Shown: piece after piece, positions 28,020 through 36,506 of the stretch
Layout of the letters: each line of letters starts with the position of its first letter
Position numbering within the stretch: the stretch's first letter is position 1
From: an uncultured delta proteobacterium
GTDB lineage: Bacteria > Myxococcota > UBA727 > VGSZ01
NCBI GenBank assembly: GCA_963775425.1
Contig: CAVZJB010000009.1
Location: 96,001 to 160,000 of the forward strand
DNA length: 64,000 bases
Direction: 5' to 3'
Translations under genes and position numbers: made by a program
The notes under the pieces: generated by a model
Database searches by the model: none
Seen by the model: the letters and a program-made list of their open reading frames with translations, nothing else
What the model was told of the DNA's origin: nothing

Positions 28020-29771
28020 ATGAGCATGACCGTCGCCGCCGCCAGGAAGTTCCTCGCCGAAGACCCCGACGCGGACACCCGCGCCGAGCTCACCGCCCTC
28101 CTCGAGCGCGTCGAAGCCGGCGACGCCGCGGCGCGCGCGGATCTCGACGAGCGGTTCTCGGGCACCCTCGAGTTCGGCACCGCGGGGCTGCGCGGCAAGG
28201 TCGAGGCGGGCACCATGCGCATGAACCGCGTCGTCGTCATCAAGGCGACGTGGGGCCTCGGCACGTATCTGCTGGAGAACGTCGAGGGCGTGCCCACGCG
28301 AGGCGTGGTGATCGGCTTCGACGGCCGGTTGACCTCGCGCCAGTTCGCCGAGGACGCGGCGGCGGTGCTCGCGGCCCTGCGCATCCCGGTGCACATCGCG
28401 GTGGACCCGATCTCCACGCCGCAGTGCGCGTTCACCGTCGAGAAGCTGAAGGCGGCGGCGGGCATCATGGTCACGGCGTCGCACAACCCGCCCGCGGACA
28501 ACGGCTACAAGGTCTATTGGGGCAACGCCGCCCAGATCATCCCGCCCCACGACACCGGCATCGCCGCGTGCATCGCGCGGGCGCCGGCGTGCAACGAGAT
28601 CGAGCGCACGTCGCCGCCCGACGCAGCGGGCAAGGGCCTGCGCCGCCTGCTGTCCGACGATGTCGAGCGCGCGTACCTCGACGGCGTCCGCGCCCTGGCT
28701 TGGCACAAGCCGGCGGCCCCGCTGTCGTCGGGCGGGAAGCCGTTGACGGTGCGGGCCGGGGACCCGGTGCCGCTGCGCATCGTGTACACGGCGATGCACG
28801 GCGTCGGACACCGCTGCGCCATTCGCGCGCTCCACGAGGCCGGCTTCGACGGCGTCGTCGACGTGCCGAAGCAGGCGGACCCCGACGGCACGTTTCGCAC
28901 GGTGGCGTTCCCGAACCCCGAGGAGAAGGGCGCCCTCGATCTCGCGCTCGCGCTCGCCAAGGAGAGCGACTCCGAGATCATCCTCGCCAACGACCCCGAC
29001 GCCGACCGCCTCGCCGTGTGCGTGCGCGAGGAGGGCCGCTGGCGGATGCTGACGGGCAACGAGATCGGCATCCTGCTCGCCGCGGATGCGCTCGACCACG
29101 CTCCCGTGCCGGACGGCGCGAAGAAGCTCGTGATCACCACCATCGTGTCGTCGACGTTCCTGTCGCGCATGGCCAAGGACAAGGGCGCGGCGTACGCGGA
29201 GACGCTGACGGGCTTCAAGTGGATCGCCAACAAGGCGATGGAGCGCCTGAGCGAAAACGAGGTCTTCGTGTGCGGCTACGAGGAGGCGCTCGGCTACTCC
29301 CTCGGGCCGCTGGTGCGCGACAAGGACGGCATCGGCGCCGCGGTGCGCTTTGCGGAGATGACGCGCTCGCTGAAGGCGCAGGGCATCACGCTCGGGCAGC
29401 GCCTCGACGCGCTCGCCGTCGCCCACGGCCTGTCCCACGCCGTGAACTGGTCGGTGACCATGCCGGGCGCGGCGGGCATGGAGAAGATCAAGGGCGCCAT
29501 GGCGTCCTTGCGCAAGGAGCCCATCCAGTCGCTCGACGGCGAGGCGGTGGAGCGCTTCGTGGATCTCTCGCCGGGCGCCGACGTCGTCGTGTTCCACACG
29601 AAGGACGGCGCGCGGCTGACGGTGCGGCCGTCGGGGACGGAGCCGAAGATCAAGATGTACTTCGAGATGGTGGCGCGGGTGCCGCACGAAAAAGAGATCG
29701 CGCCGGCGCGCGCGCGCCTCGAGGAGCGCGGGCAGCGCGTGAAGGCCGAGGTCAACAAGCGCCTGTTCTGA
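28020..29771 (+). CDS. Phosphomannomutase/phosphoglucomutase
   Basis: FGTAGLRG, TASHNP, NDPDADR, GYEEALG and RPSGTEPKIK motifs. Confidence 0.95.
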   Translation: MSMTVAAARKFLAEDPDADTRAELTALLERVEAGDAAARADLDERFSGTLEFGTAGLRGKVEAGTMRMNRVVVIKATWGLGTYLLENVEGVPTRGVVIGFDGRLTSRQFAEDAAAVLAALRIPVHIAVDPISTPQCAFTVEKLKAAAGIMVTASHNPPADNGYKVYWGNAAQIIPPHDTGIAACIARAPACNEIERTSPPDAAGKGLRRLLSDDVERAYLDGVRALAWHKPAAPLSSGGKPLTVRAGDPVPLRIVYTAMHGVGHRCAIRALHEAGFDGVVDVPKQADPDGTFRTVAFPNPEEKGALDLALALAKESDSEIILANDPDADRLAVCVREEGRWRMLTGNEIGILLAADALDHAPVPDGAKKLVITTIVSSTFLSRMAKDKGAAYAETLTGFKWIANKAMERLSENEVFVCGYEEALGYSLGPLVRDKDGIGAAVRFAEMTRSLKAQGITLGQRLDALAVAHGLSHAVNWSVTMPGAAGMEKIKGAMASLRKEPIQSLDGEAVERFVDLSPGADVVVFHTKDGARLTVRPSGTEPKIKMYFEMVARVPHEKEIAPARARLEERGQRVKAEVNKRLF

Positions 29772-29863
29772 GGGCCCGCCGACGTGCTTCGCCACGTTGT
29801 CCGCACGGCCCCTTGGGCGGCTCCGCCGCGCGCTGCTCCGAGCGCGTTGGTTGCGTCAGCCCG

Positions 29864-31489
29864 TCACTCCTTCGGCTTGGGCGGGACGGGCTCGAGGATG
29901 AGACCGAGGTCCTCGGCGCTCGGGATGGGCGCGGCGATGCCGGGCTGGATGCGCGTCCTCTCCTCGGGCTCCTCGTCGACGTCCTCTCTGCGCCGACGCA
30001 TGGGCAGGCCGACGGGGATCACCGGGATCACCGGGACGACGGGCACCGCCGACGCCGCGCCGCGACCGGCGATCGGTGACGCGCCGCGGATGCCGGCGGC
30101 GGACCTCATCTTCGCGGGCGGAGCGGCGGCCGCGGCCGCGGCCTGCAGCAGCGCGGGGTCGGCGATCGTGGTCATCTCGACGCTCTCGTCGCGGAGCTGC
30201 GGGAAGGCGGCGCCGGGGGGCGGCTCGAGGTCGTCGACGGGCGGTGGCGCGGCGCGTGGCGCGAAGCCGCGCGGCGTCACCGCGGGCGGCTCCGGCTCGG
30301 CTTGCGCCTCCGCCGCGGCGAGGAGCATCGCGGCGTCGGCGACCATGGTCATGTCGATGCCGTCGTCGTGGACGTCGTCGAACACGGCGCCGGCGCCCGC
30401 GTCGACCTCGATGTCGGCGTAGGCGTCGGGGGCGCGCGCGGCGGGCGCGTCCTTCGGCTGCGGCCCGCCACGGTACACGCCGGTGTCGTCGCGAGGCCGC
30501 ACCACGGGCGACGGCGCGGGGGGCTCGGAGATCTCGTCGAGCAGACGGTCGCGCGCCGGGCTCGTGTGCACCTCGTCGGTGCGCTCGCTGTCCTCGAAGG
30601 ACGCGCCGTCCGTGTGGATGTCGAGGTCGAGCTCCGGCACCTGCGGCTGCTTCGGCGCGGGCATCGACAGGCCGCGCAGCGCGCGCTCGATGCACTCGAG
30701 CGCCTCCGCGTGGGTCTTCACGCGCTTGCTGCGGTCCTTCTCCAGGAGGCGATCGACGAGGTCGACGAGGCCCTGCGGACCCGGCACCGACGCGGCCAGC
30801 GACGGCGGCGGCGTGCTCACCTGCGCATGCAGGAGCGACGCGGGGCTCCCCACGAACGGCGTCTTGCCCGTGACGCACTCGTACAGGACGCAGCCCAGCG
30901 CGTAGAGATCGCTGAGCGGGTCCGGCGGCGTGCCGACGAGGATCTCCGGCGCCAGGTACGCCGGCGTGCCGCGCACCGACTCCGTGCCCTCCACCGGCGC
31001 CGGCAGCAGGAAGTCGCCGAGCTTGGCGCGGCGCAGGTCGCCCTCGGGCAAGAGCACGTTGCGCGGCTGGACGTCGCCATGCGCGAGGCCGACCGACCAA
31101 CCCGCCTGTAGCCCGAGGCAGATCGCGCGCGCCACCTCGAGGGCCTCGGCGCTCTTGAGCGGGCCGCGCTCGAGGCGCGCGGCGAGGCTCTCGCCCTCGA
31201 CGAGCTCCATCACGACGTACGGCACGTTGTTGTAGACGGACACGTCGTTCACGCGCACGACGTGCGGTGAGCTGATCTTCTCCACGAGCAAACGGTCGCG
31301 CATCAAGCGGTCGCCGGCCGCGGCGCGCCTGGTGCGCAGCACCTTGATGGCGACCTGCGCGTCGTCGGCGTCGAGGTCCGCGAGGCGGCAGACGAAGACA
31401 CGTCCGACGGCGCCGCCTCCAATGAGGCGCACGATGCGGTGCTTCCCGATGGTCGCACCGAGGACCGTGGAGCTCTTGGCGTCGGCCAT
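29864..31489 (-). CDS. Ser/Thr protein kinase with degenerate motifs and disordered tail
   Basis: IGGGAVGRV, VAIK, HGDVQPRN, DFL, GTPAYLAPE and SDLYALG motifs. Confidence 0.85.
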   Translation of the reverse strand: MADAKSSTVLGATIGKHRIVRLIGGGAVGRVFVCRLADLDADDAQVAIKVLRTRRAAAGDRLMRDRLLVEKISSPHVVRVNDVSVYNNVPYVVMELVEGESLAARLERGPLKSAEALEVARAICLGLQAGWSVGLAHGDVQPRNVLLPEGDLRRAKLGDFLLPAPVEGTESVRGTPAYLAPEILVGTPPDPLSDLYALGCVLYECVTGKTPFVGSPASLLHAQVSTPPPSLAASVPGPQGLVDLVDRLLEKDRSKRVKTHAEALECIERALRGLSMPAPKQPQVPELDLDIHTDGASFEDSERTDEVHTSPARDRLLDEISEPPAPSPVVRPRDDTGVYRGGPQPKDAPAARAPDAYADIEVDAGAGAVFDDVHDDGIDMTMVADAAMLLAAAEAQAEPEPPAVTPRGFAPRAAPPPVDDLEPPPGAAFPQLRDESVEMTTIADPALLQAAAAAAAPPAKMRSAAGIRGASPIAGRGAASAVPVVPVIPVIPVGLPMRRRREDVDEEPEERTRIQPGIAAPIPSAEDLGLILEPVPPKPKE

Positions 31490-31593
31490 CTCACCGGTTG
31501 TATCCCCCCACCTGCGACGAGGAAAGAACGCGAACGATGTGGCTCGACCGTTTTCGCGCTCGTGCGCGGCCTTTTTGTTCGTATGCTGCACCC

Positions 31594-32454
31594 ATGGACG
31601 ATCGCGCGCGGGGCATCCAGTTCGTCCTCGTCGTCACCCTGGTGCTGAACGTCGCCGTCGCGCTCTCCAAGATCCTCTACGGCGTGTGGGCGGAATCGCT
31701 CTCCATCCGCGCCGACGGCTTTCACTCCGCCACCGACGGCCTGAACAACGTGGTCCTGCTCGTGGGCACGTGGCTCGCCGCCCGGCCCCCCGATCGCGAG
31801 CATCCGTATGGGCACAAGAAGCTCGAGGTGTTCGCCGCCGGCGCGGTGGGCATCGGCCTCCTCGTGGTCGCCGCCGACGTCGTCCGCGACGTCATCGGGC
31901 GCGTGCGCGGGACCATGGAGCCCCCGCACATCAACGTGGGCGCCTTCGCGGTCCTCGGGGGCACGCTGGCGGTGAACGTCGGCGTCTCGCTGTGGGAGGC
32001 GCGGGTGGGCAAGCGGCTCATGAGCCCCGCCTTGCTGTCGGACGCGGCGCACACGCGCAGCGACGTCGTGGTCACCGTCGGCGTTTCGCTGTCGGCGCTG
32101 CTCGTGCGCTTCGGCTTCGTGTGGGTCGACGCCGTCGCCGGCGCCGCCGTCGCGGTCTTCATCGGGATCACGGGCGTGCGCATCGTGAAGGAGAACGCCA
32201 GCTACCTCATGGACACCAACCTCGTCGACGTCGACCGCGTCGTCGCCCTCGCGCTCACCGTCGAGGGCGTGCGCGCCGCGCGCGACGTGCGCTCGCGAGG
32301 CTCGCCGGGCAACGTGTTCGTGGACATGGCCATCGCCGTCGACGGCGGCGTCCCCGTGGAGCGCGCACACAGCCTGGCCCATCGCGTCGAGGACAGCGTG
32401 CGCAAGGAGATCCCGGGGATCGCGGGCGTGCAGGTCCACGTGGAGCCCGCCTAG
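31594..32454 (+). CDS. Cation diffusion facilitator (FieF-like)
   Basis: ADGFHSATD, PPDREHPYGH, DAAHTRSD and VHVEP motifs; TATGCT 6 nt upstream. Confidence 0.93.
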   Translation: MDDRARGIQFVLVVTLVLNVAVALSKILYGVWAESLSIRADGFHSATDGLNNVVLLVGTWLAARPPDREHPYGHKKLEVFAAGAVGIGLLVVAADVVRDVIGRVRGTMEPPHINVGAFAVLGGTLAVNVGVSLWEARVGKRLMSPALLSDAAHTRSDVVVTVGVSLSALLVRFGFVWVDAVAGAAVAVFIGITGVRIVKENASYLMDTNLVDVDRVVALALTVEGVRAARDVRSRGSPGNVFVDMAIAVDGGVPVERAHSLAHRVEDSVRKEIPGIAGVQVHVEPA

Positions 32455-32590
32455 AGAAGTGACCGCATAGCCGCCGTGGAGGGCGGTCGCGCCCGTGACA
32501 AGGGCGTGCGCAACAACGAGCTCGACCTGACCGCGCCGCGGCCGTGATCAACCTGCAAGAGATCGCCAAGCTCCGCCGCGCGGCGTCGCA
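32455..32590 (+). mobile_element. Degenerate IS1182-like transposase C-terminal fragment
   Basis: Reads RIAAVEGGRARDKGVRNNELDL, then after a frameshift RAAAVINLQEIAKLRRAA; similar to the relic at 52141-52310. Confidence 0.55.
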
Positions 32591-32700
32591 GAGCCCGCGC
32601 CGGGTCCCGTCGTCGGTGCGCACGAGAGCCCTGCACATCGCCACGAAGTCGCCACAGCGACACCGCTCCAAATGCCGACAACGTCGTCACCGCGCCGCGC

Positions 32701-33216
32701 TCACGGGCATTGCAGGTCGGAAGCCGAGGGATCCGTCGTGGTGCACGCGCGGACGGCGACGTCGACGTCGCCGGTGCGCTGCAGCACCGTGACCGAGCGC
32801 AGGGCGAGGGGCCCGGCGCCGTGGCAGGTCTCGGAGGCGCTGGTGGCGACGACGAGGTTCGCGCCGACGGCGAACACCCCGTCGACGTCGACGGTGTCGA
32901 GGCGGTCGAGCACGAGGACCTCCTCGTTCGCGAAGTCGACGTCGACGCTGCCCGACGCGCAGGAAAACGAGTCGAGCAGCTCCTGCTCCGAGCCGAACAC
33001 GTGCGCCTGCGTCGCCGACAGCTCCGCGGGGGCGGTGTCGGCGGAGCAGGCGGGGTCGAGGTCGGCGTGGAACGGGAGCCGCTCGACGGGATCGGCCTTG
33101 TCGACGCTGGGCCCGGTGCACGTCGTCTCCGGAGCCGGGGCAGGACCGCCGCACGCCCCAATGAGGGCGAGCACGACGGCGGCGGCGGCGATCGGGAGGG
33201 ATCCGGGGAGGCGCAT
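32701..33216 (-). CDS. Cys-containing lipoprotein
   Basis: Lipobox LIGA-C; VDVDFANEEVL segment. Confidence 0.7.
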   Translation of the reverse strand: MRLPGSLPIAAAAVVLALIGACGGPAPAPETTCTGPSVDKADPVERLPFHADLDPACSADTAPAELSATQAHVFGSEQELLDSFSCASGSVDVDFANEEVLVLDRLDTVDVDGVFAVGANLVVATSASETCHGAGPLALRSVTVLQRTGDVDVAVRACTTTDPSASDLQCP

Positions 33217-33273
33217 CACCCGACGTTGCCAGGCGCGCGGCCTTCGTGCACCCTCCGGACCTCGGAGGTCTCC

Positions 33274-34719
33274 ATGAGCGTGCTCATCACCGGTGGCCGG
33301 GTGGTCACCGCCACCGACGACTACTTCGCCGACGTCTTCATCGACAACGACACCGTCACCGCCATCGGCAAGGATCTCGCCGGCACGCTGCCGGCGGCCA
33401 AGGGCGCCACCGTCGTCGACGCCAAGGGCAAGCTCGTCATCCCCGGCGGCATCGATCCGCACACGCACATGGACATGCCGTTCGGCGGCACCAGCTCGTC
33501 GGACGACTTCGAGACGGGGACCATCGCCGCGGCGTTCGGCGGCACCACCACCATCGTGGACTTCGCCATCCAGCAAAAGGGCGAGTCCACGCTCAAGGGC
33601 CTCGAGAAGTGGCACCAGAAGGCCGAGGGCAAGGCCACCATCGACTACGGCTTCCACATGATCATCACGGACATGCCCGACGAGCGGCTGCCCGAGATGA
33701 AGCGCCTCAGCGACGAGGGGCTCACGTCGTACAAGCTCTTCATGGCGTATCCCGGCGTGTTCTACGTCGACGACGGCACGCTGTACCGCACCTTCCGCCA
33801 GGCCGGGGAGAACGGCACGCGCATCTCGATGCACGCCGAAAACGGCATCGTCATCGACGAGATCATCAAGGCCGCGGTGAAGGACGGAAAGGTCCAGCCG
33901 AGGTTCCACGCCAAGACGCGACCCACGCGCATGGAGGCGGAGGGCGTGCACCGCGCCATCGCCATCGCCGAGGTGGCGGGCGTGCCGCTGTACATCGTGC
34001 ACTTGTCGTCGGCGGACGCGCTCGAAGAGGTGAAGCTGGCGCGGATGCGGGGCGTGGACGTGCAGGCGGAGACGTGCCCGCAGTACCTCTTCCTCGACGA
34101 GACCTCCTACGACAAGGAGGGCTTCGAGGGCGCCAAGTGGGTGATGACGCCGGCCCTGCGCGAGAAGTGGAACCAGGACGTCCTGTGGCAGGGGCTCAAG
34201 TACAACCACCTCTCGGCGATCGCGACGGACCACTGCCCGTTCTGCTTCAACGGCGCGTGGAAGCCCGGTGACCCGGCGCCGGAGCGGCCGGGCAAGGAGC
34301 TCGGGCGCGAGAGCTTCACCAAGATCCCCAACGGCGCGCCCGGCGTCGAGAACCGCATGGCGCTCATGTACCACGGCGGCGTCGTCGAGGGCCGCATCTC
34401 GCTGAATCGCTTCGTGGAGCTGACGTCGACGTCGGCGGCCAAGACCTTCGGCTTGTTCCCGAAGAAGGGCACCATCGCGGTGGGCAGCGACGCCGACATC
34501 GTGGTCTTCGATCCCAACCGCACCGAGACCATCTCCATCAAGAACGACAAGACGCACCACATGCGGGTCGACTTCTCGGCCTACGAGGGCTTCACGGTGA
34601 AGGGCTACCCCGACACCGTCATCTCCCGCGGCCGCATCATCGTCGACAAGGGCTCTCAGAAGACCAAGGGCGGCGGCCGCTTCATCAAGCGCGCCCGCGC
34701 GAGCGAGCTGCTTCGATGA
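33274..34719 (+). CDS. hydA: Dihydropyrimidinase
   Basis: PGGIDPHTH, SYKLFMAY, MHAENG, VHLS, ATDHCPF and IPNGAPGVE motifs; GGAGG RBS. Confidence 0.96.
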   Translation: MSVLITGGRVVTATDDYFADVFIDNDTVTAIGKDLAGTLPAAKGATVVDAKGKLVIPGGIDPHTHMDMPFGGTSSSDDFETGTIAAAFGGTTTIVDFAIQQKGESTLKGLEKWHQKAEGKATIDYGFHMIITDMPDERLPEMKRLSDEGLTSYKLFMAYPGVFYVDDGTLYRTFRQAGENGTRISMHAENGIVIDEIIKAAVKDGKVQPRFHAKTRPTRMEAEGVHRAIAIAEVAGVPLYIVHLSSADALEEVKLARMRGVDVQAETCPQYLFLDETSYDKEGFEGAKWVMTPALREKWNQDVLWQGLKYNHLSAIATDHCPFCFNGAWKPGDPAPERPGKELGRESFTKIPNGAPGVENRMALMYHGGVVEGRISLNRFVELTSTSAAKTFGLFPKKGTIAVGSDADIVVFDPNRTETISIKNDKTHHMRVDFSAYEGFTVKGYPDTVISRGRIIVDKGSQKTKGGGRFIKRARASELLR

Positions 34720-35855
34720 CGAAGAAGCGTCCGTCGAAGAAGAAGCGCCCCGCGGCCAAGAAGGCCCGCGTGTCGAAGAAGAAGGCGCGGACGTCGTCGC
34801 AGAAGAAGAAGAAAGTGCGCACGTCGTCCAAGAAGAAGGCGCGGACGTCGTCGAAGAAGAAGAAGAAAGCGCGCGCGCCGTCGAAGAAGAAGGCGACGGC
34901 CGCGAAGCGGCGCGCGGGCACGAAGAAGCGCACCGCGAAGCGGACGGGCAGGCGCTCCCCCTCGAGGCCGGCGCGCGCGTATCGGATCGGCACGGCCGCC
35001 TGGTCGCGTGACGGCCGCGTGTTGGCCACGGCGGCGGGCAAGCGCATCTACGTCTGGGACGTGAGCCGCGCAGCGCCCAAGAAGATCGGGAGCTTCCTGA
35101 CGCAGGTGGACGCGTCGCGCATCGCCGTCGACGCCGACGGCTCGCGCGTCGCCGCCGCCGTCGCCGGCTTCTCGGAGGTGCGGATCCGCGCGGCGTCCAC
35201 CGGCGCGCTGCTGCACGAGATCCACGCCCGCGGCGCCGTCACCTGCTTCGGCTTCGCCCCCGACGGCCGCTTCGTCCTCGGCGAGGTCGAGCGCATCGGC
35301 GAGCAGGGCCTTCACGCGCGCAGCTACGTCACGCTCGTCGACCTCCTCACGGGCGCGGAGCTGTTCCGCACGGCGGTCATCGACCTGCCCATCCGCGAGA
35401 TCGCGTTTTCGGCCGACGGCCTGCTTTTGTTCCTCGGCTTCGGCGGGGGCATCGTCGTGGTCTTCGACCTCGAGGCGCGCCGCGAGCTGTTTCGCTTCCC
35501 GTCTCTCGACGAGCGCGAGATCGGCGCGCGCATCGCCGCCGCGTTCGCCTTCAGCCGCGACGGCCAGCGCGCCGCCATCGGCTACGACAACACCGTCGAG
35601 GTGTGGCCCATCGACGGCGGCGATCGCCTCGCGCGCATCGACCTCGGGACCAAGGCGTGGTCCGTCGCGCTCACCGACCGCGGCGACGCCGTCATCGCCG
35701 GCGCCCCCGCGTCGGGCGTGTGGTCGCTGCAGGGCAAGAAGGTGGCGTCGCTCGACGTCGCCCACCCCGTGGTGGCCAGCCCCGACGGCAAGCGCGTGCT
35801 CGTCGGCGAGCGCATCAACCTGAAGAAGGGCCCCGCGCTCGCCCCGGCCGCCTGA
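34716..35855 (+). CDS. WD40-like beta-propeller with Lys/Arg-rich N-terminal tail
   Basis: ATGA overlap with hydA; KKKARTSS repeats; WSRDG/FAPDG/FSADG/FSRDG/SPDG blades. Confidence 0.8.
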   Translation: MTKKRPSKKKRPAAKKARVSKKKARTSSQKKKKVRTSSKKKARTSSKKKKKARAPSKKKATAAKRRAGTKKRTAKRTGRRSPSRPARAYRIGTAAWSRDGRVLATAAGKRIYVWDVSRAAPKKIGSFLTQVDASRIAVDADGSRVAAAVAGFSEVRIRAASTGALLHEIHARGAVTCFGFAPDGRFVLGEVERIGEQGLHARSYVTLVDLLTGAELFRTAVIDLPIREIAFSADGLLLFLGFGGGIVVVFDLEARRELFRFPSLDEREIGARIAAAFAFSRDGQRAAIGYDNTVEVWPIDGGDRLARIDLGTKAWSVALTDRGDAVIAGAPASGVWSLQGKKVASLDVAHPVVASPDGKRVLVGERINLKKGPALAPAA

Positions 35856-35959
35856 GTCGTCGCCGTCCCTGATCGCCCCGCGCGTTCGACGAGGACCGGC
35901 GCCGCTGACCCCGCGACGGCGCGCTTGCATTCGTCCGCGAGATGCCTATCGTCCGGCCC

Positions 35960-36367
35960 ATGAAGCGCCTCATCCCCTTCGCTGTCGTCATCGCTGCTGC
36001 CGCACTCACGGGCCTCGCCGGCTGTCACCCCGAGGGCTCGAAGGACCAGGGGAGCGCCGGGGTCCCCGCCCGCGGCGAGGGCGGCTGGTACGACGGCCAC
36101 GTGAAGCTGCCGGCCGCGGCGGACACCCCGCCCTCGGCGGAGCCGACGCCGTTCGACGCCGCCAAGGCCGCCGCCGCGCCGACGCTGCCTCCGGCCACCG
36201 TGGCCCCCGGTCCGTCGACGCCGACCGCCGCCGCCCCAGCCGCTGCCGCTCCGGCCGGCGCCGCTCCTGCGGCCGCTGCCGCTCCGGCAGGCGCCGCTCC
36301 GGCCGCTGCCGCCGCTGCGCCCCCGGCGGCGAAGCCCGCGACGCCGGCTCCGGCGGCGACGCCGTAG
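35960..36367 (+). CDS. Ala/Pro-rich lipoprotein
   Basis: Lipobox GLAG-C; TTGCAT-N16-TATCGT directly upstream. Confidence 0.75.
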   Translation: MKRLIPFAVVIAAAALTGLAGCHPEGSKDQGSAGVPARGEGGWYDGHVKLPAAADTPPSAEPTPFDAAKAAAAPTLPPATVAPGPSTPTAAAPAAAAPAGAAPAAAAAPAGAAPAAAAAAPPAAKPATPAPAATP

Positions 36368-36403
36368 CGACGCAGGCTCCGGCGACGCCGGAGCGACGCT
36401 GGC

Positions 36404-36437
36404 GATCAAGCGCGGCCGCTCCCTCCGGTCGCTGATC
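36404..36437 (+). repeat. REP-like repeat, copy 3
   Basis: GATCAAGCGCGGCCGCTCCCTCCGGTCGCTGATC between convergent genes. Confidence 0.8.
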
Positions 36438-36438
36438 A

Positions 36439-36506
36439 GCGGCGGGAGCGATCACGCGGCGGGAGCGATCACGCGGCGGGAGCGCTCACGCGGCGGGAGC
36501 GCTCGC
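36439..36506. repeat. 17-bp tandem repeat x4 spanning the NCS1 stop codon
   Basis: GCGGCGGGAGCG(A/C)TC(A/G)C at 36439, 36456, 36473 and 36490. Confidence 0.85.

Noticed and set aside
36439-36506. Possible CRISPR array
   Set aside because: Units are 17 bp and contiguous with no spacers, and no cas genes are present
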